Assembly (NCBI GenBank): GCA_040954595.2 | Contig: CM082580.2 | Coordinates: 5,446,783 to 5,510,782 of the forward strand | DNA length: 64,000 nt | Source of the DNA: Balanoglossus misakiensis | Taxonomy: Eukaryota; Animalia; Hemichordata | Direction: 5' to 3' | Part shown: positions 1-14,257 of the stretch, piece by piece | How the letters are laid out: the number at the start of each line of letters is the position of its first letter | Numbering within the stretch: position 1 is the first letter of the stretch | Notes under the pieces: model-generated | What the model saw: only the letters and a program-made list of their open reading frames with translations | Told to the model about the DNA's origin: nothing | Databases searched by the model: none | Program-made: the position numbers and the translations under genes

Positions 1-439
1 AATACAGTTGTCAAACTATACCATAAAATATTTCAGCGGTTTTCTGTTCCGACCATACCACTATGAGAGGGGTGAACAGCTTCATAAATAGTGCGACTAT
101 AAATAGATGTTTTAAGAACACTCAAGCCAACAGCCACGGTATAAAATTACAAACTTGTTGAAAAACAACACATTGTTACTACCTAAATGTTTCTTATAAA
201 AATTCTACAAATACATACAAAAACTTGACCACTAGATCGAAGGCGCTATCATAGCTGTTACTCTCAACTACATCAGGTACATCACAGTCTTACTGAAGTG
301 CCAGACTGGGATGAGTCACAAAACACTATAGCCAGATTTTTATGATGACTATGAATACAAAAGACACTACAACCATTACATCATATGATATGTCAAAACT
401 TGTCATCTTTGACGTTAATCAGCAGATGATCTGAGTTTG

Positions 440-690
440 CCATTATGGTATAAATTAGCCAAATAAGGTATGAATTTTCCAAATATGGTGTGAATTGGCC
501 AAGGTATGAATTAGCTAAATATGGTATTTACTTTCCAAATATGGCACGAGTTTGCCAAATATGGTATGAATTTTCCAAATATGGCATGAATTTTCCAAAT
601 ATGGCTTGAGTTGGCCAAATATGGTATGAGTTGGCGATTTTGGTATGAATCTTTCAAATATGGCCCAAGTTTGCAAAATATGGTCTGAAT
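440..690. repeat. ~20-bp minisatellite (consensus approx. CCAAATATGGTATGAATTTG/T)
   Basis: About 12 degenerate tandem copies of ccaaatatgg(t/c)atgaattt are visible directly. They explain the repetitive end of ORF 511..1236. Confidence 0.85.
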
Positions 691-1832
691 TTTAAGTTGC
701 AAACAACATGACAGCACAGTGCCAATCAATTTCATCGTTAACAGCATGTGCAGAAAGAACAGTGCACAAAATACTTTTCTTGCTTTCATACGTTGCGAGC
801 TACAATATTTTCTATACGTCAAGTCAATATACGTCGTCAATATATAAATGTGCCTCAACAGGACTTTCAAAATAGTCCTCATTGAGACAGAGCTGTAAAA
901 TATGTCATTTAAGTGTTGTGCACATGCAATGTGCAGAAAAAGGTTTGCATCGTGGTAAAAAAAAAGGTGGGGCATTTTAGACAGTGCTTGTAAATTTATG
1001 GTCAGTGCATTGGACTGGGTTGTGGTCAGTGTACTGAATTGTGTGTGCATGCTTCGGTGTGCATGAGCGACGTGTAAACACGGCCTGCTCCATGCCCACG
1101 TCATAGCTGCATGATTGAGAAATGCATGCATGCGTGGCATACACACGCTTTCAAGAGAGCTGATGAGTTGCAATGTGCGTGGTAAGTGCAGTGTCTTTTC
1201 GAGACTGCAGAAAAAAATATGCGTGCAAACTGACAAACGACAATGAAAAAACTTTGAAATAAAAAAACATGAGTCTGAAAAAAACAGCGAGTCCTATTAC
1301 GCCCTCTGTGTACATGTATAGACATTTCTTTACAAAGATCGCAGTGCCGCTATGCGAGTTACATTGGTAAAATGTTGTGGACAGGTGTTTACTGAACTAA
1401 CACTCCCAAATGTCGTCAAACAAATCCAACAGCATGATAGCCGCTTCTTCACACACAAGTTAACACTCCATATGCGAACTTGTATATCTGTCTAAAAAAA
1501 GTTCTATTTGTGTCTGATAACAGCTGGATAGAGCGTGTTAGTTGGAATGTTAAGCTGCAAGGTGGATTATATTATATAACAGTCCTCTCTTGAGATACTT
1601 GTGTATAGCATAGCATCGTATGATGAGTTGTTCCATACCGTTTTTCTGGGGCGAAAAGACATTGGTGATTGACTCTCAGTGTAAATGAGTTGCAGAGATG
1701 CCAGCACAAACACAACATGCGAAATGAAATCTTGTGGGTCTGTGCAACTAAAATCTAGAGATGTGAAAAAACTGTGCGCGATTAGTTCAGCGTGTCTTGA
1801 GAGAGAGAGAGAGAGAGAGAAACAGGTCTGCA

Positions 1833-2870
1833 TTACGAACTCTTGATGTCTTTGTTGTTGTTGACGGTTTCCGCTTCACCTGCCTGGCTGTAAAAGAAAC
1901 TCCCTGCGCACTTCCGGAAGAGGCGCTGGTCCTTGATCAGCTCGGAGAAAATGTACACCAGGAGCGCGTTGGTCAGGAACACCAGGAGGCCGACGCCCAG
2001 CGACCAGAAGAAGGTCGGCTCGGCGCCGTGGGCGATGAGATACTCGCGGCGGTGGACCATGTCCCAGGTCAGCCCGTTGAGTTGGTCGTTGGTGGCGAAG
2101 GCGACCAGGATGTGGAAGAGTTGGTGGCTGTGTCCGACGACGTCGAACTTGCCGGGGGCGACGCACTCGGGGAAGTGGGTGGCGAAGAGGAAGGCCACGA
2201 AGGGCGCCACCAGGAACTGTCGCAGGTGGGGCTTGAACGACTCGTCCGGGCAGTCCTCGGAGTGGCAGATCCACAGCCGCACGACCAGCGGCACGCTGTC
2301 GATCAGGTACGGCACGGCGAAGGAGGACAGTCGCAGGACTTTCTTGAGCTTCTCCCGGTCGCCGAATCGCGAGCTGCAGGCGGAGGCGGTGCCGGTGACC
2401 GCCATCAGCATGGTCACGGGGAGGTACGCCCGGTAGACGTAGCCGCCGATCCAAGACGACGGGAACCCGTAGAACCTGTAGGCGATGGCCGTGCCCGCGC
2501 CGTAGCAGGTGATGGCGGCGTAGTCGAAGAAGAAGCACACGTGGCGGGCGTGGTCCGACAGGCAGTTGAAGAGGTGCGCCGTGCTGCTGCCGAACAGGTA
2601 GCCGCAGACCGAGATCAGGTAGATGCACAGAGGCCAGGCGTAGGAGTCGGTGAAGAAGTTGTGGATGAACGCGAGGGACGACAGCTTCCACATGAAGTAC
2701 AGCAGGGGCAAGAAGTGGGTCCAGAAATTGAGGGTTTCGTTGGTGGGCTGGAACATGCTCTTCAGGCAGCAGAGCAGCGAGGATCTGGACGAGCGATACT
2801 TGGAGATGATGAACGGCTCTTGGAAGTCGCTGGGCATCTGGTTGACGCGGAATAACTTCACAGTCCACAT
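1833..2870 (-). CDS. PAQR5: PAQR-family 7-TM protein, membrane progestin receptor gamma/delta-like (PAQR5/6)
   Basis: Single coding exon with ATG at 2870 (MWTVKLFRVNQMP...) and an acceptor ...ctacag at 2919-2924 just upstream. PAQR/CREST motifs present: NETLNFWTH, SSTAH, DY and HSHQLFH. The N-terminus resembles vertebrate PAQR5. PAQR5 versus PAQR6 orthology is not resolvable. Confidence 0.88.
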   Translation of the reverse strand: MWTVKLFRVNQMPSDFQEPFIISKYRSSRSSLLCCLKSMFQPTNETLNFWTHFLPLLYFMWKLSSLAFIHNFFTDSYAWPLCIYLISVCGYLFGSSTAHLFNCLSDHARHVCFFFDYAAITCYGAGTAIAYRFYGFPSSWIGGYVYRAYLPVTMLMAVTGTASACSSRFGDREKLKKVLRLSSFAVPYLIDSVPLVVRLWICHSEDCPDESFKPHLRQFLVAPFVAFLFATHFPECVAPGKFDVVGHSHQLFHILVAFATNDQLNGLTWDMVHRREYLIAHGAEPTFFWSLGVGLLVFLTNALLVYIFSELIKDQRLFRKCAGSFFYSQAGEAETVNNNKDIKSS

Positions 2871-4359
2871 GATGAAGTTTCTACTGTCACAGCACTTGGG
2901 CAAGTCAAACGGCAAAATCTGTAGGTCGATGAGAAACTTGGTAATTTAAAGAAAACATTTTCAAAATCTCAAAACAGCCACTGAATTTAGACATATAAAG
3001 GGGAAGAATGGAGTGTTGGCTATGCATTAATATTCATACTCATTAATATTCATATTCATTGGCCTGTGGGTCTTTGTCAATCAAATGTTTTTATATCAAC
3101 CAGTTACCTGCAATAATATAGTTGACATTTCAAAATAAATTTAAACACATCAGGAGCAATGCATGACACGAGTCAGACAGTCAAAAGAAAATTATTCTCA
3201 CTGGTAAAATTATGTTACAAGATTACAAGAGTCATCTATTTTTTTTCTATTTATTTGAACCTGCTCCAGACAGAGAGAAACATTTTCCTCAAATACAGCA
3301 GCCGATAGATCCCCTTTCCATCCCTTGATGTTCGGAGAACTGCAACCAATATGTCAATTCTCGCAGAACGACGTAACACGCAATTTAGACGCTAATGGTC
3401 CAAGGGTACCTGCGGGCAAAGGCTAATCTTTAATGTAACTTTGACGGCCTTGCTGTCTGCGCTTAGTAAGCCATTACTATAGCAACCGATTAAGTGACAT
3501 CACCTGTGCCCTATATTACGGAAAGCAGTGCAACTGTGGCTGTGTAACAACATTGGTAGTCTCAACAGCAAACACGATGGTTTACATTGTTTGCATTATG
3601 ACTATTACCGGTATATCATTTTCTGGAAATGTCTGTTTCGCTTGATTATCATACGTGGACAAGAGTATCTGTCCCTTTCACAACCATAATTTGGTCCAAA
3701 TCTATTGTTTTCTATGGTAAAGTTGGACCTCTATAGAGGAAACTGGGGTGAAACGATTAAAGAATTACTTGTAGGTGGGATAGTATAAATGTAGGATTAC
3801 CAGTACATCATGCACTGTTGTTAATCTCAACACTTACAGTACAGACGACCTTCCTCCACTGAAAAAACAATAACTGACTGTTTCACAGAAGCTCTTGTGT
3901 TGTATTCAGAGCTGTTATATGTGTGTGTGACTGGCCTGTACTTAACTGCTTTCAGGATGCAAGCAATAGTCCTGGGGATACCAAGCCATTTCTGTTGAAA
4001 GATGTCGGTCACAGAGTGCAGTTCATTTTCCCCTGTACTGTGCTCTGGATCAACCAAGTACACGCTATAGCTAGAATTTTTCTCCAGGGAGAAGGGATTG
4101 CTAATACAATACATAAACCAGCACTATCTACACAGATTGCCTATCTTTTGCTTATCGCGGGGATCCAGAAAGGATTTCGTTTCCCATCGTAAGCAGAAAT
4201 GCAGCGTGCTGATCGCGGCCTCGCCCATGCTAGACATCTGTTGTCTTGAAAATTAAAATTTCAACTAATTTCAGAGCAAAACCTTATGTAAAGCGATGAG
4301 AGTGATTTCAAGTGAGTGTCCATGCATCATACAGGATTCAGTCAACAGTGTTAGTCTTA

Positions 4360-5162
4360 GGCTGCATTCACAAACACCTCTGGAGGGGGGGGGGCAGGAG
4401 AATTGAGGGGGGGGATTTGAAAAAATTGAGGGTATGTAAGGGGGGGGATTTGAAATAATTTAGGGACTGAAAGGGGGGGACTTGAAAACTTTAACGACTA
4501 AATATTTATTTTGAGTCCACAAAAATGCAGTTTCGCGCCCTTTATTTTACAAAATTTTCTAATGTGGGAGGGGGACACCCCCTCCCACACCCACCCCCTC
4601 CATTCTTCAACACCTTTCAATCATTGACTGGTTTAGCTAGTGTCCCAGGTCAGGGGACTTGTCCCACCCCATGATAACTTTGAGCGGCGACGGTTAAATT
4701 TGTCCTCCCCAACATACCGGTAGTTGAGTTAATTTGCTTTTGCCGGGTTCATTAAAATGCAGCTTTGAGCTCTGTATTTTAGAAAATTTTCTTACGTGGG
4801 AGGGGGACACCCCCTCCCAAACCCACCCCCTTCAATTCTCGGTTTACAATGTCTCCCAACACAGAATACAAATATATGTACTTAAAAAATAAAAACAATG
4901 TTCAGTTTTAATACCCACTGATGAGGGGAAACATCAGTTTCAAATTCTTCTCATGGGAGCGCTGTTTTTCTTTTTACAAGATAGATAGGTGATATGTTTT
5001 GCTCTGTGAAAGAAAATGGGGGGGGATTTCAAAATTTTGGCAGTTCGGAAGGGGGGGATTTGAAAATATTGGCAGTTCGGAAGGGGGGGCATGTGAAAAT
5101 TAGCGGTAAAAAAAATTGAATTCTCCCGCCCCCCCCCTCCAGAGGTGTTTGTGAATGCAGCC
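4360..5162. mobile_element. Non-autonomous PIF/Harbinger-type MITE (~803 bp)
   Basis: TIR GGCTGCATTCACAAACACCTCTGGA(G)n at 4360 and its reverse complement ending at 5162. TTA on both flanks (4357-4359, 5163-5165). Internal direct repeats near 4551-4600 and 4782-4830. Confidence 0.88.
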
Positions 5163-8100
5163 TTACCGCTGCAGAATTACCGACAGTTTGCAAATTGTCT
5201 CCTGAAAAGACAGCTACAGCTTGGCCGTGGTTGCTTCAGACTTGACTATATTACCACCAGGGTTACCACTCAGCCGGTTTATTTGCAGTCCACACCTGGC
5301 TAGTGTAGTACTGCCCTAGACAGATATGCATGGAGTCATAGCACTGCATGCAGTGCAACAATGGCCCCGGACAATTCCATTCATGGGGGGGGGGGGGGGT
5401 AGAAGAGATAACACCTTACATGGGATATGGGATTATATTAAATCATTTAGCGGTGATGTAACGCGAGTTGTCATGATTAGACAGGTAACGCCAGACACCG
5501 GTCACACATTAACCAACACAGATAATCTCAGATTTGTATGGCTAATCCTCCTGGCTTTACGTGACATCTCCACCGCCACACCCTCACCCCATGGTATGCT
5601 CACGATAAAAGTTGTTTTGCACAACAGATTGAAAATCTTTACTAATTGTCTATATCATGGGGTAATGAGATAATTACTTCCCTTTTGCAATACAAAATAG
5701 AAAAGTTAATGAGGAAGTGATACATTTTTGCATATGGCAATTATAGCTTGTGTAAAAACTCATATTGCCGTATTCACGTAAATTATCTTGGGGGAATGGC
5801 TGGCACACAAAATACATACAGATTATGTAATTTTCAAATTCAGTGTTAAACTGATATATGATTTCCTAACTCATTATTCCTGCATTTAAAAAAATACTAT
5901 TTGTATCTTGCTGATGTTTCATACACGTGTGGACATACACAGCAGTAGTGATTTTAACTACTAATTTGACCAAGATTTCAAGTTTTCATCTCTTTGCTAT
6001 GATATGGTAAATTTCAAACTCAAAATCCAATAGAACAGTGTAAGTATTTGTATGGTCCCTGCTTCCATTCAGACACAACCAAGTCAGACGTTAGCCAACA
6101 AAATAATAAACTCTCACAGAGCTGTATTCTGTCTCTTGTAAAATCACAGACAAACGCGACTTTTATACCAAAATTTATAAAGGGAGGTGTCAATTGTGAA
6201 CAATGTACACTGTGTGAGCAGCGCTTTTCAATATTTCATTTGCAACGGTAAACAGATTCTATTTTTAGGGTTTCCATCTGAACAGCGAGTGACAAGATAG
6301 CCTGGGAAAAAATAAAACAAAATTGGTAAATCATAAGGGGGTCACCGCTGTTAAAATTATCACGATACTCCAACCTATCAATATTTTGCCTACCAACATC
6401 CATTCGAGTTTATATACAGATACAGCATAAATTCGTAAAAAAAAGAAAATTGCCATTTCTTTGTAAACAATCATCACAAATATTGTCAGAGTCGCCCTAA
6501 CCTGTTGGCATGCAAGGTTGAATGCATAACAATTAATGGATGGGACCTCAACTCGTGGTATGTTGGCCTTCGCATTACACACTTGTATTTTATAGACAAG
6601 TACTTTGCACAAACACTACATGTATATAATTCACATTTGATTTTATGCATGTATTAAATTTAAACACCGGGCAATTGCTAAAGGCGGGTGTGTACAAAAA
6701 ATGACACGATATCCCAGCCTGAATTAAACAGTTCCAGCAGTGCACCTTTAAAAGTTCTGCCAGATATGCATGCATGTAAAGTGTAATAACAGAACACCAT
6801 GACGCCTGCTAGATGCAAGCTGTTTCTATTCCTGTACAGAGCCTGTTACCTGTACAGAATACACAGGCAACATTGGCATAGCATCTGTCTATCACAGAGA
6901 CCTCTCAACACGACATCTGCAGTCTTCCCACATTTCAATTTTCATCAATTAAGGCCTCCAGGGACTAATTATTAAATTACAATATGTCATCTTATGTAAC
7001 ACAAGGATATTACAATCGCCCAGCTTGATAAAGCAATTATAACAGTATTAGTTTTTCACCCCGCAATTTGTTACGTGATTGATTCTCTGTGAGAAAATTA
7101 TGTGTTAGTCACACAGCACAATCCAATTTCCTAATCCAAATATTGAAACCTAATGAAACCGGGAGTGACAAAAGATAATCTGACTATCCATTTTCACTTT
7201 TGCATCAATATATCTATATTTTTAGATCAAGGCCAACTTTTTCAGCCCCAGATAGAAATCTGCTTTAAATACAATGTATACTTACAACTGACCTTCCCAC
7301 GCCATCTGTTGCAAGATGGACTAATTTTATTTGCAAGGTGCAAGATCATGGCGAGCAACATACTGTAAAGCGGGAAATTTTCGCGAACGATAAATTTTTG
7401 CAAACTACACGACAGCCAACCAAAATGCGAAAATAAAAACTTGCGTAAAAATGTTTTTTTTTTAGATAACGATACAGTGGAATACAAGAACACTGGCACC
7501 ACATGTCGCAGAATGATTGAACTGGCTGCCAATGGGACTTTGATAGATTTGATATGGGAGTTAACCAAGTTGCCATTTCTCATATCACTCGGTCATCGTA
7601 TAACCTTGCCTCTTGCTCCCTCCAGACACATGCCAACATTATAAGAAGATTCAACTCACTTTAATGTAGAAATAATCGTACCATGTCTATCTCTAGCTCT
7701 AATTATAGATATGCTGTGACCGTCAGACGGATTAACATCACCCAGACACATCAAACTTGAAAAGGCCGGATGCGTAATATCATTTCAATGACGAATTACT
7801 GCATGTGCGTCTGGTCTAATGAATAAGCTTGGCTGCATTAATTGGGCATTAAAAATGGTGACAAATGAGAGTACTTCATCATGGTTTTCCGTATTTCAAA
7901 AGCAGACAGGACAACTGTGCTTATTTGTTGATAACATACTGGATAGAACACTGATATTGGGCACATTGCTTCTCACTAAAATCAGCCTAATGTAAATATG
8001 GCTGATAAAAAAAAAAGAAATCGTGGCTATATCAGGTAATACATTCTACACACCCAAAGTTTTTATTAACATTCTCATGCATATTACACACGTATTCATT

Positions 8101-10748
8101 TTTTGTATTAAAAACCAAACACACGTGGTCTTCAACTGCATGTGCATTTTCCACACTTTTCTGGTGCTTGACAAAACCAGTTAACTGATTACAGAATTAA
8201 AAAAAATTCCATGATGTGTTGTTCAGTTGGGGGTGACGGATTTACATCTTAGGACTAGGAGTCACTTGGAAGCTTGTTACAAATCTGCTGGTATGAATTA
8301 TGAAAGAGAAAAACATGGTGAGAATTCCAGAATTTCGTTTAAAAATCTACAGTGCAATGGAGAACTGATTTCAACCACTTTTCAAGGACAGGAGGTTTAT
8401 TACACAAAATGTACTGCCAGTTGCATAGGATTTGATCTATTTGTTTTATACTGCCTTTTGCTTTTACTGAGTGGCCTTAAAAAAGTTAAAGGGGCAACTT
8501 CTTTATCAGCTTAATATCTTAACGCAAACAGATTAATTAACGCTAATCACTTGTTAACTACTAGTATTTAAATAGAAAACACACAAAAATTTGCACCACA
8601 TAAATAAACATTCAAGGTCAACAAGAGCTAATGCTAAAACCATGGATTGAAACTTGGTCTTTAATAGTTTTCAGACTGATCCCCTACAGGCATTTTCTGA
8701 GTCTTTTGTTTGATTTTTTTCTCTCTCGATTTTGTATGCCAGTACAAGTAGAGAATACCAAATCGTGAAAACAATAATGAGCCATTATCAGCCATATAAA
8801 AGAGACACAGCAAATGCCAGCAGATAGGCTTTCATGTTTCCACACAGTAGCCTAACCATAACAATGCATGCCTGTGTGTTTTCTTGCCATTGAGGGCTTG
8901 GCAACCGCACCAAAACATGAGAAGTTATTGACGAAGGGTTATTTGAATAACAATGGACCGACAATAGTGAAATGGACCGTAACTTTGAACGCATTCAAAG
9001 TTGTTTAATACGAAATCTCAGATGGAGGTCATGTACCGTCAAAGATTTCAGGACTCCGCGATGCCCTTGAAGGACTTTTTTTTAAAAATCAAACCGCCTT
9101 TGAAATAAAATCATAGTGTTAGTTAGGCATATCTAGCTAGACACTCTACACGCAAAGGATGTTACTGTGTCAGGTCAACCACGGACATACAAGTTACAGC
9201 CGATCAAAACGCAGGTCACGCGTATTACCACGCACTGTACACACACACTGCTGTGAATCTTCTCGAACTTTGGGGACACACGGCGCGGCGAATCACATTG
9301 CAGTAAACGATCATTATTATGGATCGAGTAAACGTTTCTACTGTTGGCGATTGCGAGAAAATAAGTGATCTTGGTAACCACGATTTCAGTTCATAGCCTG
9401 GAAACGACCCCGGGTAATGACCTCCAATTCATTGACAAGTTCATGTGTCATTTCTTCGCAGCAACTGACTGAGTACCAGGAAAATACGCCCCTATAAAAT
9501 ACCCTTCTGTCACAGTAAAGATCATACTCACATGTAATGTGCTCCGTGATCACAGAAGCTGTGCGATCGCACCAATTACTCCCCAATTTCGACAAATGTT
9601 CGACCCCGCCTAGCGCCTAAGCCCTGGCTCAGACTTTTGGTATAATCTGTCCGCGATCGTCTGGTTGTAAATAATCCGGGCAGGGTATGAGAGACCCTAG
9701 GTAGTTGTAAAATCTAAAAGCCCCCATAAGCTTCTAGGAAATACGTTACCTTAATATCTCAACAAAGATTAACATTATGCAATATATACGTAACTATGGT
9801 ATTTTATTGGACTTTGACTACCATGTAATCTATCCATCCGTACCGAGAGAAAGATATTTTAGATGAACTGGGAAGGATTGTCGTTTAAAGCAGCCATATC
9901 AAAAACTTGCGAAGACTCCCCAGTTCAACCTATTCTTGTCGATGAGGGCGCAAGGCAAGTGTCAGTGGACTGGTGGTTATGGTTGCCATGTCTAGGTTCC
10001 CTGACTCAGACCCCAGACTCTGCCAGGGTTTCCCTTCCCTTTGCCCTTCCTTAGGCCTGTTTCTACCTTCGGTGCCCACGTCAGACAGACCACGTTCGAG
10101 ACAGAGCAGGCAAGAAGACTATTACAAGCACGATTTTTTTCCAGCTTGAAGCCATGCATGTTTCTCATCATATAGGCCTACAACTGACGTGGAAAACCCC
10201 GCAAACCATACATTTTCTTAAATTCAAGTTTTTGAACTTTGACTTTATGTCGTTAGTTCACTCAAATCGGAAAGTCCGGGATCCGCCAAGTGTAAGAATA
10301 AAAACTTCTTTTCTTTCCACCTTGCGTAAAATTATGACCTTGGCTATAGAAAATATGGACCATAGAGTTCTGGCATTAATATTTGGCCAAAGTTGTGGAG
10401 TTCTGGCCCACCCATTTTCGTCACCGTGCATTTTGAGAGTGTCCTCACACTCATAGGAAGGCACAAGTCTGATACTGTCTAATTCAGCGTGAACTTCAAA
10501 TTCACTGATTTATTATGCTCGTGGCAAGCGTCTCTAGTAAAATGGATGCCATACAGCGATTTTTGAGGGCGATATATCATGGGGTCATATTTTAATTCGA
10601 TAACCACTTCAATCAGTGTTTCATAATTTGCCAAAATTCTAATAATTTAGGACACAATTATTTTTTAACTCGCGCGTGCAAGAGGTGGCACGTGTATTCG
10701 TCATCAAACGTAACTGTCAGTCGCCAAACTTCTGCACAAACATTTCTT

Positions 10749-12656
10749 TTAATGTTTGATCACGTCAGCGTCCAATAATTCATCGAGTTCCCTGATCACT
10801 TGGTCAATTTCATCTCGCTTCTGCTTCAGCTCAAAATCCGAAATCTGCTCGCACCCGGTCGGGGTCCGACCCCCGTCCGAATCTTCGTCGTCGGCACAGC
10901 AGTCAGCAGAATCTTCGGAGGATCGCGGGCTCGACTCCATGTTGGGCGAGCAGTCGCCGAAGCCGAAGGGCCAGAAATCCTTGTCACTCCTGCCGTCGTC
11001 CGTCGACGCGTTGGAGGAATCGGGAACGTACTGTCGCACCAGCCGTTTGTTCTCCTCGAACAACTTGTCGAACTGCAGCTGCAGTTCGTCTCTGGCGTTG
11101 CGGAGTTCGATCACTTGGGAGGAGATCTCCACCTGCTGTCTGATTAGACTTTTGTTTTCTTGTTCCAATCTGTCCTTTTCCTTGAGTAGCTCCACAAGTT
11201 TCGGTTTCAGACGTCTGAAGTTGTCAAACTGTGCGAGAGAGAGAGAGAGAGAGAGAAAGAGAGGGGGGAGGGAGAGAGAGAATTCACGAACAGTTATAAA
11301 TATGATGGCAAACTCGGATGTGTAAAATGGGTAAAGTAATGATAATTACTATATTAACACACCTTAGCTTTCATGTTCGCAAACGTCTTCTGCAGTCTTT
11401 TGAAAGTCCGTTCAAATGCCGAACACTGTTTTTCGTTTCCGTCGCGCGGCGTTCTTGGACGGTCGCTGCTCCTCAGTTTCCTTCTGTACTTGTCCAGAAA
11501 GTGTCTGTTTTCTGCGGCCGGTCGAGTACGCTCGGTTTCTGCGGCTGTCGGGTTGGCTGTCACAAAACTGTTGCTCTTGTATGCGCCGATGGGTGGCAGA
11601 TTCCTCTCCCCGTGTCCCGCCGGGGCGTCGGTGGTGGTCGTGCAGCAAGCAACGCCGGTCTCTTGAACGCCGGCCCGGGCCTTGCCGTCGCTGTTCAGCC
11701 AGGTCATCAACAGCTCGTTCTCTTGTTTCTCCTGCTCCAGGCCCTCCATTTTCCTCTTCATCTGCTGGTTCTCCTCGACCACCTGGCTCAGATCCACCGT
11801 CAGCTTCTGGATCATGATGCTCAGCTCGTCGAGTTCATGCCTGTCGTCGCCCCCTCTAGCCGCGGCGGCATTGGTCTTGTGGGACGGAGACGCCTGGCGG
11901 CTCCTCTGTGATGGTGCGGGGAGTGGAGGCAAACGCTCGCCCGCGGTGTGAATCGCTCGTTCGTGCCCATTGGCCTCGCTGACTGTGCCGCCTTGCAGGG
12001 AGAGGTAACTGATGTAGCTTTCTGAGGGACTCACTTTGTCGTCTGGCGACACTTTTCTGCGATTCTTTGCGGCGTTTTTGATTCTGAAGATAAAAGTAGA
12101 AAGTTCTCTATAGTGTGGCATCAGATGAATCAGTGCTTAATCTCAGTCACACCTGCAGGACGGTTTCTTTGCGCAATTTGCAATCGCATTTCGGATTACC
12201 CTTTTCGGATTTAAAATAAATCTAAATTTCGTTACAAGTATAATGCAGCTCTAGTGAACGACCAACTGAATGAGATTAGACCAATGTATTTTCAACAGGA
12301 GATGGTGAGGATGACAAATAATCGCTAGTTCTGCTTCTACTGACAGCAGCACAATGTTGTCGAAGAAGTGTTCGGCATCTGATGCAGACGAATTGTGGTC
12401 AGCGCGACCCAGTGACGTAGACAAAATTCAATGACCATGGCAATCGTTCAGTCGGTTGCTATAGTGATCGATTGAAATGCCTTGTCGTTGACTGTCCGGA
12501 TACCATGATTGTCCGAATTCAAAACTGTGACTTAGGCCTATGGCGTAGCGTAGGCTCCTGAAAAACTTACCTTTCACAACGAAACTCATCTATAAATATG
12601 TCAGTTTCGGCACCCGAATCTGCATGTTTTTTGTGTGGTTTTTCCCTTTCTGACAT
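10749..12656 (-). CDS. Uncharacterised coiled-coil protein (~428 aa, 3 coding exons)
   Basis: Exons 12656-12571 (MSEREKPHKK...), 12083-11363 and 11228-10749 join in frame through GT-AG sites (phases 2, 0). Two heptad-like stretches (ELDELSIMIQKL...ENELL; ELLKEKDRLEQENKSL...EENKRL) and an acidic C-terminus. Confidence 0.72.
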
Positions 12657-13252
12657 TTCCTTCGTTAACAATGGGTAATTCAGCGGTTATTGTTGAAACT
12701 CTTTCTGTAGAGGTATATCCGAGCTGTTCTTAGCGAAGTTGTGTTTATTTTACAGCGTTGTCGAGTGTTGTTCGGGATTCGAAGTTTGGAAGGAGTTCCA
12801 TACCTGCGCGTTCGATACTGGTGGCGCGCGCGCGCAGTGTGCGTGGTCTCCGCAGATCGACGGCGCTGACGCGTGCAAGGACTGAACGCTTGATCGTTGA
12901 AACCTGTACGACGACCATTTATGTAATTTGAGATCATTTGAATGCGGGTCCGGACTTGAATTTGTTGTACATAAAAGCGGTTGTTACTCAAATTGTTTTA
13001 CAATGACAAAAGCAGAACACTTTGCAATAGTGGATCCAAATGAGTTAGGGTTTATGCACCGAACAAAATAACCGAATGGCCAAATGTTACAGCTACGACT
13101 GTAGCCAATCATGGAAATGTCGAAGGAAATAAACAGGAAAATATAGATGTAACTTGTCCAAATACATGATATAGGCACTATATACAGTAACTGTGCAGTG
13201 TGAGTCTGTGAACGCAAGTCGGCGCGGCGGTTATCAGTATAAATGCATTCAC

Positions 13253-13267
13253 CCTGTAGAGGGCGCT
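13253..13267 (+). promoter_or_regulatory. Candidate CTCF-type site
   Basis: CCTGTAGAGGGCGCT is a near match to the CTCF core CCASYAGRKGGCRS. Motif match only. Confidence 0.35.
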
Positions 13268-14241
13268 TTGGCGTTGGCACTATGCCAGCTTACAAGGGTT
13301 GCTATGATGCGCACACATCAAATATACATATACACACACGACTCTGAATCATCCCTCGGGTTTGTTAATAGTTTACTCTGCTGGCTGTTAAGTTCTCACA
13401 CACTATTAAAGATCGACGACCGCAGTGATCGGTAAGGTTTCATGGAAAGTCCCCGACTCCCATCAATGATATAAGCGTCTAGGGTTTTCCTTCTCGGAAA
13501 AGTACACTGGGACGTAACTGGTCTATTTAAGAATTGCGATTCCGACCGAAAATCCGGACAGGGGTTATTTATTTTTTTTAAATAAAGCCTATGCTCCTTT
13601 TGGGGAAGGATTTTATTATGATATCATTCGGTTGTAATCTGGTATGATCAGACGGAGGGAATAACCTGTAATCGGTGCTGGCTTGGTCGGAGACGGTGAA
13701 TGAACCCCGCCGATGAAAGGGTTTTTGTCGGTTCTGAATTGAAAAAGTCCCAGTCATATCCGTAATCGGGATGGCAGAAGCTTTACTTACCGGCTCTCGG
13801 GTACTTTTCACTTAAAGTTGGGTGAAACACTTGAGAATTTCCCGCACATTTCTCAGTGACCATGGGTAGGTATACGACTCAGTCATTGGTTTTACACATT
13901 TCCCTTTGGGGGGGGGGGGGGGGCATTCACAGTTTGTTGGTTTGGAATGAGGTCTGGAAAAATACATGGTCCGTTCGGAAACATTTTATCATTTTTCGCT
14001 AAGATATGGCCCAACTGAATTGTTTCAAATGTTGTGAAGTGATGTGTGGGTTATTTTTCGCCTGATCTGACAGGCAAGGGAAACATGCCGGTGTTATTGA
14101 TAATCAGAACAGTTACAAATTAATAACAAGATCTTGTGATACATTTCTAAGGAGCCGTTGAGGTTAAATAAAATAAAGTAACAGTTATTTTAATCACCAA
14201 CGTAATATTGACACGTCATTATTCCCAAGAAGTTTTCAAGT

Positions 14242-14257
14242 ACAGTAGAGGGCGCTG
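14242..14257 (+). promoter_or_regulatory. Candidate CTCF-type site
   Basis: ACAGTAGAGGGCGCTG is a near match to the CTCF core. Motif match only. Confidence 0.35.

Noticed and set aside
440-690. CRISPR-like appearance of short periodic repeats (also 34381-34518 and 63173-63235)
   Set aside because: Head-to-tail repeats without unique spacers, eukaryotic context and no cas genes.
511-1236. 241-aa ORF on the minus strand
   Set aside because: It runs through a 20-bp minisatellite and AT-rich sequence downstream of PAQR, with no protein-like features.
1797-2868. Long ORFs 1797..2855 (+) and 1876..2868 (-)
   Set aside because: Antisense and alternative-frame shadows of the GC3-rich PAQR coding exon.
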